DNA of 22,591 nucleotides from an uncultured Deinococcales bacterium (GCA_964244895.1 CAXTKV010000070.1:1-22591); one strand, 5' to 3'. Counted from the stretch's first letter, positions 7,079-16,569 are shown. A program made the numbers and translations. Notes: generated by a model not told the origin, from the letters alone.

Positions 7079-8284
7079 TCATGCCTCTATGACCGTGGCG
7101 ATGCCCTGACCAACCCCGATGCACATGGTCGCCAGACCCAGCCCGCCACCGTTGCGGCGCAGGTCGCGCACCAGTGCCCCGAGAATTCGCCCACCTGAAC
7201 AGCCCAGCGGATGCCCGAGGGCGATGCTGCCGCCACCGGGGTTCAGTCGAGCGTCGTCCGGCGAGATGCCCAAATCGTGCAGTACCGCCAGCACTTGAGC
7301 GGCGAAGGCCTCATTCAGCTCGAGGCCCTTCAGGTCGGTCATTTCGGCTCCCAGCCGCGCCATGGCCTTGAACGAGGCGGGCACCGGCCCGATACCCATG
7401 ATGCGCGGCGGGACGCCCGCCGTAGCGAAGCTGCGGACTGTCGCCAGTACATCCAGTCCGTGTGTTGCAGCATATTCGCGGCTGGTCAGGAGCAACGCAC
7501 TGGCTCCATCGTTGAGCGAGCTGGCGTTGCCCGCCGTCACGCTGCCGCCCTCACGAAAAACCGGACGAAGCTGGCCCAGCGCCTCCAGGGTGGTCTCGCG
7601 GCGCGGTGCCTCGTCGCGGGTGACGCGCTCGCTGGACTTACCTCGCGTCACCTCGACAGAAACGATCTCGGCATCTAAGAGTCCGCTGTCCTGAGCGACC
7701 AGCGCCTTGCGGTGCGACTCGAGCGCGTATTCGTCTTGCGCTGCGCGGCTGATGCTGTACTCCGCTGCCAGGTTCTCGGCGGTCTCTCCCATCGCTTCGG
7801 TGCCGTACAGCGCCTGCAATTTGGGGTTGATGAAGCGCCAGCCCAGCGAGGTGTCGAAGATGGCCGGGTTGCCCGTGGCGTAGCCCCGCTCGGGCTTGGC
7901 CATAGCGTAGGGAGCGCGACTCATGCTCTCCACGCCGCCAGCCAAAAAGACCTCGCCCTCGCCTGCAATGATGGCCTTGGCCGCCTGATGAACCGCCTCG
8001 AGTCCGCTGCCGCACAACCGGTTGACCGTGACGCCCGGCACCGTGACCGGTAGTCCAGCCAGCAGGGCGCTCATGCGGGCCACGTTGCGGTTGTCCTCAC
8101 CTGCGCCGTTGGCGCAGCCGAAATACACATCGGTGACATCTTCGGCGGGCAGTCCGGCGCGCTCGAGCACGGCGCGCATCACCAGTGCTGCCAGGTCATC
8201 AGGGCGCACGCTGGCGAGAACCCCACCCAGGCGACCAATCGGGGTTCGGGCGGTGGCGACGATCACGGGATCACGCGAGTTCAT
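7079..8284 (-). CDS. paaJ: Thiolase (3-oxoadipyl-CoA/3-oxo-5,6-dehydrosuberyl-CoA thiolase)
   Basis: GEDNRNVARM, NRLCGSG, NEAFAAQ, GHPLG and MCIGVGQG. Start reassigned to ATG 8284 (MNSRDPV) after GGAG. Confidence 0.92.
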   Translation of the reverse strand: MNSRDPVIVATARTPIGRLGGVLASVRPDDLAALVMRAVLERAGLPAEDVTDVYFGCANGAGEDNRNVARMSALLAGLPVTVPGVTVNRLCGSGLEAVHQAAKAIIAGEGEVFLAGGVESMSRAPYAMAKPERGYATGNPAIFDTSLGWRFINPKLQALYGTEAMGETAENLAAEYSISRAAQDEYALESHRKALVAQDSGLLDAEIVSVEVTRGKSSERVTRDEAPRRETTLEALGQLRPVFREGGSVTAGNASSLNDGASALLLTSREYAATHGLDVLATVRSFATAGVPPRIMGIGPVPASFKAMARLGAEMTDLKGLELNEAFAAQVLAVLHDLGISPDDARLNPGGGSIALGHPLGCSGGRILGALVRDLRRNGGGLGLATMCIGVGQGIATVIEA

Positions 8285-8951
8285 GGGGGACTCCTTGAAC
8301 GGCGGCTCGAGACAGGATGGATCGCCGAGCGGCCACATGGGCCCGAAGGTATGGATGGGGTCGGTAACGGTCATCACCGGTCTCAAAATGCAGGGCTTCG
8401 AGGAGCCGAAGCACGGCGTCAAGACCCAGCATCTCGGCCCAGACCAGCGGCCCTCGGGGGTAATTGGTGCCCAGGCGCATGGCGGTGTCGATGGTCTGGG
8501 CATCGGCCACACCTTCGGCAAGCGCGCTGAACGCCTCGTTGGCCAGGCAGGCGATAACCCGCGCCGCGACCAGACCGGGACCGTCAGGGACGAGCAGAAC
8601 CTCGAGGCCCAGTTTGGCAAAAATTGCCCGAGCCTGGTCAAGAGCCCCTGCATTGGCCTGCATCGGCAGACCCACCTCAACGCTGGCAGATCCCGGCAGC
8701 AAGGAAAAAGCCAGCACCTGCTCCGGACAGGGCAACTTTGCCGCCATCAGGGTGCCGCTGCCTCGGTAGGCCAAGGCGAAAACCCGAGCCGATTTGGGCC
8801 AAGGTTCGGGTCGGGTCTGATCGAACTGGGTATCATCCAACCTCAAATCGAAGACCGTATCCGCGTCGTCTGATGTGCCGATGCACTGATCCTTCAATCG
8901 GTCATCCATTACCCGGCGCACCGCGCCCTCGCCGATCAGCAGCGCCCTCAC
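8271..8951 (-). CDS. 3-hydroxyacyl-CoA dehydrogenase family protein corresponding to the C-terminal half of long-form PaaH
   Basis: DGPGLVAARVIACLANEA...IDTAMRLGTNYPRGPL...DRYRP resembles the second module of E. coli-type PaaH. No canonical GxGxxG. GTGA overlap with the upstream ORF. Confidence 0.85.
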   Translation of the reverse strand: MRALLIGEGAVRRVMDDRLKDQCIGTSDDADTVFDLRLDDTQFDQTRPEPWPKSARVFALAYRGSGTLMAAKLPCPEQVLAFSLLPGSASVEVGLPMQANAGALDQARAIFAKLGLEVLLVPDGPGLVAARVIACLANEAFSALAEGVADAQTIDTAMRLGTNYPRGPLVWAEMLGLDAVLRLLEALHFETGDDRYRPHPYLRAHVAARRSILSRAAVQGVPHELA

Positions 8952-9826
8952 GACAATTCACCGTAGCGGTAAAACCCGCGTCCAGTCTTGCGACCCAACC
9001 GCCCAGCGTCCACCAGCCGCTGCTGAAGGGAGCTGGGGCGAAAGCGGGGGTCATGAAACGACGCCTCATAGACGCTCTTGCTGGCGGCCAAGTTGATGTC
9101 CAGTCCGATCAAATCCATCAGTTCGAAAGGTCCCATCTTGAAGCCAGCAGCCACCAGGGCGGCATCGATGCTTCGGGCCACCTCTTCCGAGCCGCCATTG
9201 TCCTGAAGCAAACGTAGCGCTTCACCATAGTAGGGTCGGGCCACCCGGTTGACGATGAATCCGGGGGTGTCCTGCACCAGCACCGGGGTTTTGCCCAACC
9301 GCCCGACCAGCGTCAGCACCGCATGGGTCACCCGCAGATCGGTCTGGCTGCCAGGAATGACCTCGACCAGCGGCAGCACCGGGGCGGGGTTAAAAAAATG
9401 CATCCCGACCAGTCGCTCTGGGTGATCCAGTGCTTGCCCGATGGCGCTGATGCTGAGGGTGCTGGTGTTGCTGGCCAGCACCGCTTCCGGAAAGCGGGAC
9501 TGCACCTCAAAAAGCAGTAACTGCTTGAGGCTCAGGCTCTCGGATACGGCCTCCAGCACCAAGTCCACGGTTTCCAAATCGTCCAAGTTGGACAGCGAAC
9601 GCAGATGCTCGAGCGTTCGTTGCAATGCCTCTTCGCTCAGCCTGCCTCGCTCGAGTTGCCGTTTCAGGTTGGAATGAACACCCGCCAGACCGCGTTCCAG
9701 AACCCCGGCATCGCGCTCGAACAACTGGACATCCAGTCCGGCTCCGGCGAAGACTTGGGCGATCCCAGCCCCCATCGTTCCGGCTCCGATGATGGCCACC
9801 CGCTCAATAGAGATGATGCAGCTCAC
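8948..9826 (-). CDS. paaH: 3-hydroxyacyl-CoA dehydrogenase (NAD-binding/catalytic part of PaaH)
   Basis: [49 protein letters not shown] and GRKTGRGFY. Confidence 0.9.
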   Translation of the reverse strand: MSCIISIERVAIIGAGTMGAGIAQVFAGAGLDVQLFERDAGVLERGLAGVHSNLKRQLERGRLSEEALQRTLEHLRSLSNLDDLETVDLVLEAVSESLSLKQLLLFEVQSRFPEAVLASNTSTLSISAIGQALDHPERLVGMHFFNPAPVLPLVEVIPGSQTDLRVTHAVLTLVGRLGKTPVLVQDTPGFIVNRVARPYYGEALRLLQDNGGSEEVARSIDAALVAAGFKMGPFELMDLIGLDINLAASKSVYEASFHDPRFRPSSLQQRLVDAGRLGRKTGRGFYRYGELS

Positions 9827-11886
9827 TCGAGTTGCTCCCGTCTGGCGATCAAGGTCAGAATCGAGTAGGTGGCTACCAGAACCTCGTTCTGGTTGGTCAC
9901 GTCCACGTGCCAGCGCACGACGCCGGCGGGTGTTTCACCCTCGCGAGTGTCCTTGGCAGTTTTGCTTTGCACGGTCAAGCGGGCGCGAATGCTGTCACCA
10001 AAGCCCACGGGTTCAGTGAAGCGCAACCCCTCCAAACCGTAGTTGGCCAGCACAGGGCCAACACCGGGATCCACGAACAGTCCCGCCGCCGCGCTCAGAA
10101 TGAAGTAGCCGTGCGCTACCCGCTGCCCGAACAGGCTTTCCCTGGCCGCGATATCATCGGTGTGGGCATAGAAGCGGTCACCCGAGAGTCCTGCGAAGGC
10201 ACTCACATCGGCCTCGGTCACGGTACGGCGCGGGGTCAGCAGGCTATCACCGACCTGGAGTTGCTCGAAGCGCTTGCGGAAAGGATGTACCGCATCCTCG
10301 CGCACCAGGGCGCCACGCACGTACTCGCCGGTGATGGCCATGATGGTGGTCGGGTCGGCTTGCAGTGCGGTGCGGATCAGGTAGTGCTTGACCGCGCGCA
10401 GTCCACCCAATTCCTCACCGCCCCCCGCACGTCCCGGTCCACCGTGCTTGAGCTGTGGCAGGGGACTGCCGTGACCGGTGCTTTCGCTCGCGTCGTCGCG
10501 GTTGAGAACGAGGATGCGCCCGTGCGCCGAAGCCATTCCGAAAAACAACGCCCGCGCCTCGTCACGATTATGGGTCACAATGCTGCCTGCCAAGCTGCCC
10601 CGACCCATTCGCGCCAGTTCGGCGGCGTCTTCCAGGCGCTCGTAAGGCATCAAGGTCGCTACGGGACCGAAAGCCTCGAGATCATGGGCGGCCTGGGCAC
10701 GCAGCGGATCCCGGCTCAACAGCAGGGTCGGAGACATGAACGCACCCATTTCCCAGTCGCCACCCAACAGGTTCGAAGGTTCATCACCGATCAGAACTTC
10801 ATTTTCACGCTTGAGCTGCTCGAGCACCGCCCGCACGTCGTCCCGCTGCGAAACCCCCACCAGTGGACCCATCCGCACATCCTGGCGGCTGGGGTCGCCC
10901 AGGGTAATCCCGCTCAGACGCGCCCGAATGGCTGCCGCGACTTCCTCGACACATACCTGCGGCACAATCACCCGGCGGATGGCGGTGCATTTTTGCCCAG
11001 CCTTGCTGGTCATCTCATTTACTACTTCACGCACGAACAGCCCGAACTCCGGCGAGTCGGAGGTGACGCTCTGACCCAGCACAATGCAATTGAGCGAGTC
11101 GGCCTCGGTATTGAAGGGCACGCTGCGCCGCACCAGGTTCGGGTTGACCTTGAGCTTGCTGGCGGTTCTAGCCGAGCCGGTGAAAGTCACCACGTCCTGC
11201 TCCTCTAACTGGTCGAGCAGGTCGCCGGTTCCACCGCAGATCAGTTGCAACGCACCTTCTGGCAGCAGCCCAGACTGATGCATGGCCCTGACCACCGCCT
11301 CGGTGACATGCGCGGTTTGCGAAGCCGGCTTGACGATGGCTGGCACACCCGCGATCAGCGTAGGTGCGATCTTCTCGAGCATGCCCCAGACCGGGAAGTT
11401 AAAGGCATTGATATGCACCGCCACGCCCTCACGCGATACCAGCAGGTGACGGCCCACAAAAGTACCGCCCTTGCCGAGCACATTGACGTCCTCTTCGACC
11501 ATAAAGTTTTGGTCCGGCAACTCGCGCCGCGCTAAGCTGGCATAGCTGAACAGGGTGCCGATACCGCCGTCAACGTCAATCAGGTTATCCCGGTGGGTGG
11601 CTCCGGTCAGGTGCGAAAGCGCGTAGAACTCCGCTTTACGTGCGCTCAGGTAGCCTGCCAGGGCGCGCAGCCGCCGAGCGCGATCGTGAAAACTCAGGCG
11701 GCGCAGCGCTCGTCCTCCAACCTGGCGGCCATACGTCAGCGCCGCCGCAAAATCTATTCCTTCACTGGAAACCAGGGCGACGGGGCGGCCATAGGCCGCG
11801 TCGCATACTTCCTGACCGCCCTGGGCGGTGTGCCAGTGGCCGGAGACGAAAGAGCCGACTTGCTGCGGGCCAATCAGGGTCGTCAT
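9823..11886 (-). CDS. paaZ: Bifunctional oxepin-CoA hydrolase / aldehyde dehydrogenase
   Basis: ALDH domain ([26 protein letters not shown]) plus C-terminal MaoC domain ([14 protein letters not shown]); 687 aa. Confidence 0.95.
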   Translation of the reverse strand: MTTLIGPQQVGSFVSGHWHTAQGGQEVCDAAYGRPVALVSSEGIDFAAALTYGRQVGGRALRRLSFHDRARRLRALAGYLSARKAEFYALSHLTGATHRDNLIDVDGGIGTLFSYASLARRELPDQNFMVEEDVNVLGKGGTFVGRHLLVSREGVAVHINAFNFPVWGMLEKIAPTLIAGVPAIVKPASQTAHVTEAVVRAMHQSGLLPEGALQLICGGTGDLLDQLEEQDVVTFTGSARTASKLKVNPNLVRRSVPFNTEADSLNCIVLGQSVTSDSPEFGLFVREVVNEMTSKAGQKCTAIRRVIVPQVCVEEVAAAIRARLSGITLGDPSRQDVRMGPLVGVSQRDDVRAVLEQLKRENEVLIGDEPSNLLGGDWEMGAFMSPTLLLSRDPLRAQAAHDLEAFGPVATLMPYERLEDAAELARMGRGSLAGSIVTHNRDEARALFFGMASAHGRILVLNRDDASESTGHGSPLPQLKHGGPGRAGGGEELGGLRAVKHYLIRTALQADPTTIMAITGEYVRGALVREDAVHPFRKRFEQLQVGDSLLTPRRTVTEADVSAFAGLSGDRFYAHTDDIAARESLFGQRVAHGYFILSAAAGLFVDPGVGPVLANYGLEGLRFTEPVGFGDSIRARLTVQSKTAKDTREGETPAGVVRWHVDVTNQNEVLVATYSILTLIARREQLE

Positions 11887-11922
11887 GGGAGCCTCGTAGG
11901 GTAACGGGAATTTGATCCGAAT

Positions 11923-12426
11923 TCAGATGGTCTTCATGCCCTCGAATGGTTCGTGGCAGCAGTTACAGACGTACAGACGCTTGCAGAGTGCAGAGCCGAA
12001 GGAAGAGGTGATGCGGGTATCGAAGCTGTGGCAGCGCGGACAAGTCACCGGATCCGAGTGGAGCTTGAGCAGCACGTTCGCCCTGCCACTGGGCGGGGCG
12101 ATGCCGTAATGCTCAAGCTTTTGCCGAGCCGAAGCGGTAATGTCGTCGGTACTCCAGGGCGGGCTGATGACCGTCTGGACTTCGACCCGCGAGACACCCA
12201 GATGCTCCACCGCTCGCCGGATATCCTGACGGATCACATAGAGCGCCGGGCAACCGGAAAAGGTCGGCGTGAATTGCACCGTGACGCCATTCTCGTCCAG
12301 CTGTACACCGCGCACCATCCCCATCTCGACGATGTTGACCATCGGTATCTCCGGGTCGTTCACTCCGGCAAGCGCCAGCCAGACAGCCCTCTCGCTGGGC
12401 AAAGAACCGAGATGCGCCGTTACCAC
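11923..12426 (-). CDS. paaD: Phenylacetyl-CoA epoxidase maturation subunit
   Basis: DPEIP, PTFSGCPA, YGIAPP, CPRC, FGSALCK and CxxCxEPF. GTG start at 12426 with GGAGG 7 nt upstream, overlapping the paaC stop. Confidence 0.93.
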   Translation of the reverse strand: MVTAHLGSLPSERAVWLALAGVNDPEIPMVNIVEMGMVRGVQLDENGVTVQFTPTFSGCPALYVIRQDIRRAVEHLGVSRVEVQTVISPPWSTDDITASARQKLEHYGIAPPSGRANVLLKLHSDPVTCPRCHSFDTRITSSFGSALCKRLYVCNCCHEPFEGMKTI

Positions 12427-13244
12427 GTTCTTGCCTCCGGATACTGCCGTGCCACACGCTGAAATTCTGTCAGGAGCGGTTCGAGGTGCAGGGTGTGTCG
12501 CCCCCGCGACACGGTGGGAGAATCCGGCAAAATCAGACCGCAATGGCGCAGATGCCCACCGACCAGCTCGAGCCAGTGTGCGCTCAGCCCGATCACATCC
12601 GGCAGCAGTCCCGCCTCTACACCTGCTGCCTCACCGGGCAGCGGCTCGAGCAGGCCCAGGGCGTAAGGCCAGATGTCATTCAGGGCTGCTTGGGTTCGTC
12701 TCGCACTTTCCTGGGTTCCCAGCGCCAGGCGCTCGATCCAGAGGGTGGTGTGTTCCAGGTGAAAACGCTCCTCGCGCAAAGCCAATGCCGCCGCCTGAGC
12801 CAGCGGCTGATAGCGGCTGCGTTGAGCCATGCCTTGCCACAACATCTCCCAGGCGTCAAAGAGGTACTGACGAACCATTGTAAAGGCCCAGTCGCCTTTG
12901 GGCAGCTCCGTCAGGGTGTTATGACAGAACTGGTCTGGTTCCCGAAAGTAGGCCAGTCGATCGGGGTCGCTGCCGTCCAGCGAACCGCGTAGGGTCAGCC
13001 ACTGGATCGCGTGCCCTAGCTCATCCTGGGCGATATTGGCCAAGGCGATGTCCTCTTCCAGGATTGGTGCATGCCCGATCCATTCAGCATCACGGTGTGA
13101 GAGCAGCAATTCGTCGTCGGCGAGGCTGCTGAGCCGAGCCAGCAGCGCTTCTCGCTGGGGCGGTGTCAATCCGCTAGGCTCGAGGATGACCGGCCCGGCA
13201 GCAGACTGGTTCACCTCGGGGCCGACCTCGGCAGCTTTAAACAT
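12420..13244 (-). CDS. paaC: Phenylacetyl-CoA epoxidase beta subunit
   Basis: [36 protein letters not shown] and RGRHT. Start is ATG 13244 (overlapping the upstream stop) or GTG 13214. Confidence 0.93.
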   Translation of the reverse strand: MFKAAEVGPEVNQSAAGPVILEPSGLTPPQREALLARLSSLADDELLLSHRDAEWIGHAPILEEDIALANIAQDELGHAIQWLTLRGSLDGSDPDRLAYFREPDQFCHNTLTELPKGDWAFTMVRQYLFDAWEMLWQGMAQRSRYQPLAQAAALALREERFHLEHTTLWIERLALGTQESARRTQAALNDIWPYALGLLEPLPGEAAGVEAGLLPDVIGLSAHWLELVGGHLRHCGLILPDSPTVSRGRHTLHLEPLLTEFQRVARQYPEARTW

Positions 13245-14805
13245 GATCGTTCGCTCTGGCTGGACGCGGGTGCTTGGGCTTGCCATGCTGACCCACCACG
13301 CCGTAACTGCCCTGCTGTTTATAGGTTTTGTCTTTCGACGGCGCAAACCAGCTCTCAACGGTTCGGTCGTCTTCCCGCGTGCTTACGAAGGCTCCTTCGG
13401 GAACAATCCACCAGACCAGCGCATCACCATGGATCGCAACGGCCTGTTCCAACGCTGACTGAGGACTATCGGTCTGAACGAATCCCAGTTCATCGACAAA
13501 GGTCATGAGCCGTTTGTGCGTCTTCTTGCCGAAGATTCGGTAAAGCTGAGGCTGATCCGATTGGTCGGGCAATCGTCGTCCCAGCCGCACCTCTTCTCGA
13601 GTGATGGCGTAAATGGCATCTGCTGGCACAGCCCACAAGCCCACGGCGGAAGGTCGACGCGTAAAAACGCTGCGGGCCGTGTAAAGCGCGTGCTTCGAGT
13701 CGGTGGCGTGGACACTGCCCACCGCCTGATGCACTCGTCCTGGTCCTTCCTGCTTGAAGATCTCCCAGCGGGGCCACTGGGTATCCGGCGTGGCATTGTG
13801 AACCACAGGAATTTCGTCAGGCAAGATCTCGGTCGGTCTGCGTTGTCCGACTGCCTTTGCATGACGTTCCATCGCCTCGCGCACCCAGGCTCCGTCCTCA
13901 TGGGCCTGGCGTCGGGTGGCGAGTCGCTCTTGATTCAGCCCCTGTTCGCCCCGGACTACCGCCCAGAATTCAGCCCAGTCGATGGGGCCGTGTCTCCAAT
14001 CGCCATTCTGATCTTGGTGCAGGTCTGGGTCGGGGATGCTCAATCCCAGCGCCAGCAGCTCCGGCACCTGTTCGTTAATGAACTCCTGACGTACCTCGTC
14101 GTTGCTCTTGAGTTTGATCCCCCACCTCGATAGGGTTCCGCTGTTGGGACTCTCGGAATCGTGCGGTCCCAGCATCATCAGCGATGGCCACCACCAGCGG
14201 CGCAGCGCATCCTGAGCCATCAGGCGCTGCGCGGGCGTGCCCTGGGCATACGCCACGATCATCTCCTTGCCCTGCTTGTAGTGGAACGTTTCCTCGGAGC
14301 AGATGCGAACCATCGCACGGCTGTAGGGGCCATACGAGCAGCCCGCCAGCATGGTTTGATTTTTGATCGCTGCACCGTCTACCAGCCAGCCAATCATGCC
14401 CACATCGGCCCACGTCTTGGTGGGGTAGTTGAAGATGCTCGAGTACTTTGCCCGACCGCTGAGCAGTGCGTCCACCATCGCCTCTCGGGTGATGCCTAGG
14501 GTCTCGGCGGCGTGATAGAGGTACTGGCCGTGGCCCGCCTCGTCCTGCACCTTGGCCATCAGAATGGTCTTGCGTCTAAGGCTGGGGGCGCGGATGATCC
14601 ACTCGCCTTCCGGCAACATGCCGACCACTTCGGAGTGGGCGTGCTGCGAGATCATGCGGATGAGCTGGCGGCGGTATTCGGCGGGCATCCAGTCGCCGGG
14701 CTCGATCTTCTGGCCAGCCGCGATGCGGGCCTCGAAGGTGGCGTGCTGCTCAGGGGACTCGAGAATGGCCTCGTTCATTTTGGTACTGCCCATGGGCGTG
14801 ATCAC
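13237..14805 (-). CDS. paaA: Fused phenylacetyl-CoA epoxidase subunits PaaA + PaaB
   Basis: PaaA motifs ([33 protein letters not shown]) continue without a stop into Deinococcus/Thermus-type PaaB ([24 protein letters not shown]). GTG 14805 has GGAGG 8 nt upstream. Confidence 0.92.
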   Translation of the reverse strand: MITPMGSTKMNEAILESPEQHATFEARIAAGQKIEPGDWMPAEYRRQLIRMISQHAHSEVVGMLPEGEWIIRAPSLRRKTILMAKVQDEAGHGQYLYHAAETLGITREAMVDALLSGRAKYSSIFNYPTKTWADVGMIGWLVDGAAIKNQTMLAGCSYGPYSRAMVRICSEETFHYKQGKEMIVAYAQGTPAQRLMAQDALRRWWWPSLMMLGPHDSESPNSGTLSRWGIKLKSNDEVRQEFINEQVPELLALGLSIPDPDLHQDQNGDWRHGPIDWAEFWAVVRGEQGLNQERLATRRQAHEDGAWVREAMERHAKAVGQRRPTEILPDEIPVVHNATPDTQWPRWEIFKQEGPGRVHQAVGSVHATDSKHALYTARSVFTRRPSAVGLWAVPADAIYAITREEVRLGRRLPDQSDQPQLYRIFGKKTHKRLMTFVDELGFVQTDSPQSALEQAVAIHGDALVWWIVPEGAFVSTREDDRTVESWFAPSKDKTYKQQGSYGVVGQHGKPKHPRPARANDHV

Positions 14806-14854
14806 GTAGGAACCCTCCAGAAGAGATAGGTATTGAGGCGGCAGATTGGCCAGA

Positions 14855-14900
14855 CTAACAGTTGTTAGGCAAGAATAGGATGGCCGACATGGGCTGTCAA
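14855..14900 (-). promoter_or_regulatory. paa operon promoter and PaaR-like operator
   Basis: Minus strand TTGACA (14900-14895), 17-nt spacer, TATTCT (14877-14872). Palindrome CTAACA-N2-TGTTAG (14855-14868) covers the expected +1 and resembles the Thermus thermophilus PaaR consensus CNAACGNNCGTTNG (recalled). Confidence 0.82.
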
Positions 14901-14943
14901 GAGACTTCAAGACATGGTTTTGGCAGATACAATGACTCACAGG

Positions 14944-14957
14944 CGAACAAGCATTAG
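14944..14957. promoter_or_regulatory. Possible second, degenerate PaaR-like site
   Basis: CGAACAAGCATTAG fits CNAAYR-N2-YRTTNG; 89 bp from the main site. Confidence 0.4.
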
Positions 14958-15007
14958 GTAAATCAGCCGGGATGGCTCGCTTCTGAACGGTGTCAAGTGC
15001 GCCACCG

Positions 15008-15290
15008 ATGTCCTACGCGTTCAGCACCTCAATGCGAACGCTCGAGCAATTCCACCTGGCGATGATTGAAGACCGCTGTCAGGTAAATCCGGACGTGCAA
15101 CCACATCTTTCTCGCCCTGCGCCGCCGCCACGAGCCGCTCGGTGATGCTGGGCTACGAAAGGGATTCCATCGGCAAGCGTGTCATCGGGAAACTGACCAT
15201 CGAACCCACCGCGCCGATATTCGAGACCGTCAAGCTGATGTCGTGAAGTTCTTGCGACCTCAGGGCGCTATTGCAGAGCCCGTTCAAACG
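15008..15290 (+). pseudogene. Probable frameshifted relic of a large serine recombinase
   Basis: Fragments in successive frames: MRTLEQFHLAMIEDRC (helix-E-like), LGYERDSIGKRVIGKLTIEP...ETVKLM, then VKFL...AIAE. The order resembles the start of the recombinase domain (GY...L.ID...V..IF..Y...IA). By-eye similarity only. Confidence 0.4.
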
Positions 15291-15379
15291 AATCGATCCT
15301 CACGCAGCCCAGCGCCAGCAGACTGCAACGGTCTGCCTGCATCGCGCAGCACCAGCACGAAGTACCACTCAGCTGGTCA

Positions 15380-16012
15380 TCAATGCGAGTGGGTTGAGGG
15401 GATAACTGGATGGGGCATCTGAGGCATCTCAATGCCCCTGAGCAACAGTGCGGCAAAGGTTTGAGCCACGTCGTTGTGGCTCAAACTGCCCTGAGGGTTA
15501 AACCAGTTGGGCAGCCAGTTGGCCCCAGACAGTGCCAGCACCGCTGTGAGCATGATGTCGGTCTCCGGGGCAAATACACCGGCCACCACCCCATCGCGGA
15601 TGACCCCCCGGAACACCCGCTCCACAGCGTCACGCCGCTCTTTGACCAGCGCCTGACGCGACGCAGAGAGTTGCCGCCAATCGCTGAAGAGCACGGTGGC
15701 GTATTCGATATTGCGTGTCACCACTTCGGTGTAAGCGATGAGGGCGGAACGCAGCCGCTCGGTGGGCGGCTGAAGGTGGTCTTCGGCGGGCCGCAAGGCA
15801 ACGTCGAACTCGTCGGCAATGCAGCTGATGATGCCCCACAGCAAATCTTCTTTATTGTTTATGTGCGAGTAAAGGCTGCTCGCCTTGATGTTGAGCGCGG
15901 CGGCGATGTCACGCATCGAGGTGGATCGATAGCCCACTTCTGAGAACAGGCGTGCGGCGACGCGGTAAATCTCTTCTTTGCGTTCTGAGGAGCCGCTCTG
16001 GAACGTGGTCAT
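15380..16012 (-). CDS. paaR: TetR-family repressor of phenylacetate catabolism (PaaR-like)
   Basis: HTH AARLFSEVGYRSTSMRDIAAAL...SLYSH..NKEDL and C-terminal NWLPNWFNPQG. Immediately upstream of the paa operon and its operator. Confidence 0.85.
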   Translation of the reverse strand: MTTFQSGSSERKEEIYRVAARLFSEVGYRSTSMRDIAAALNIKASSLYSHINNKEDLLWGIISCIADEFDVALRPAEDHLQPPTERLRSALIAYTEVVTRNIEYATVLFSDWRQLSASRQALVKERRDAVERVFRGVIRDGVVAGVFAPETDIMLTAVLALSGANWLPNWFNPQGSLSHNDVAQTFAALLLRGIEMPQMPHPVIPSTHSH

Positions 16013-16214
16013 TTCCTGAGTAGGGTATCAGAGGCGGTGGAACTGTGACCCTTACCGATTGTAAATGACCTCTGTCTGCTCGAGCACCACCGCTTTTGTC
16101 GACGCTCGAGAACAAGGCGTGCTGGGTAGTTCTCTCTTCTGAGCGTGCTTACATCATCTCGAGAGTGCACGTGGTTTGAGGGGCGGTCTGGGTGACTGCC
16201 TGGTTCAACATTGA

Positions 16215-16251
16215 AGCGCCCCCCGTTCGGGAGATGTCCCGAGAAGGCGCT
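16215..16251. other. Imperfect GC-rich hairpin downstream of the tRNA fragment
   Basis: AGCGCC/GGCGCT outer stem and TCGGGA-GATG-TCCCGA inner stem. No clear U tract. Confidence 0.35.
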
Positions 16252-16301
16252 CGCAACGTTCTGGTTGCGCGTATTCGGTTTTTGCGTCCCAGATGTTTTT
16301 C

Positions 16302-16346
16302 TGGCGGGTCGTGCAGGGCTCGAACCTACGACCTGTGGTTTTGGAG
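16302..16346 (-). mobile_element. 3' half of tRNA-Trp(CCA); probable att site (integration scar)
   Basis: Minus strand CTCCAAA-ACCAC-AGGTC-GTAGG-TTCGAGC-CCTGC-ACGACCC-G-CCA gives the anticodon loop, T-arm, acceptor 3' strand and CCA. The upstream sequence cannot supply the 5' anticodon stem, D-arm or acceptor 5' strand. Confidence 0.85.
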
Positions 16347-16569
16347 TGCGCCCCAAGCGATACAGGATAATACCTCAAAATCCGAGAGTCCTCTGGCACA
16401 CACCATTTCTTCAAGTTCATACTCGAGTTCCTCCGTCGAAAAACGGGTAGTGCCCCACAGGTCAGGACACTCTTACTAGGGCCACGCCATCGCGAGTTCT
16501 TCGACGCCGTTCCACCTAGAGTTCGACGACCTCAAAACCAAAGCGCGCTCGAAAAAGGCACTATTTTTA

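Noticed and set aside
14806..14940. N-terminal extensions in the ORF track (paaA from 14940; also paaJ 8680, paaC 13358, paaD 12543, ArsR 2093, DHFR 3855, cupin 4867)
   Set aside because: They run through promoters or neighbouring genes. Downstream starts have RBS/promoter support and match family lengths.
14991..14996. Second TTGACA on the minus strand
   Set aside because: No -10 element at 16-18 nt spacing.
16270..16380. Intact tRNA-Trp gene
   Set aside because: The 5' half is absent: nothing pairs with ACCAC or ACGACCC, and there is no D-arm.
16350..16470. GCCCCA...CAGGA motif seen twice, as possible integrase arm sites
   Set aside because: Short, unequally spaced and not distinguishable from chance.
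16009..16479. ORFs 16009-16356, 16192-16479 and 16211-16450
   Set aside because: Spurious frames across the tRNA fragment (QVVGSSP is the typical translation of a T-arm).
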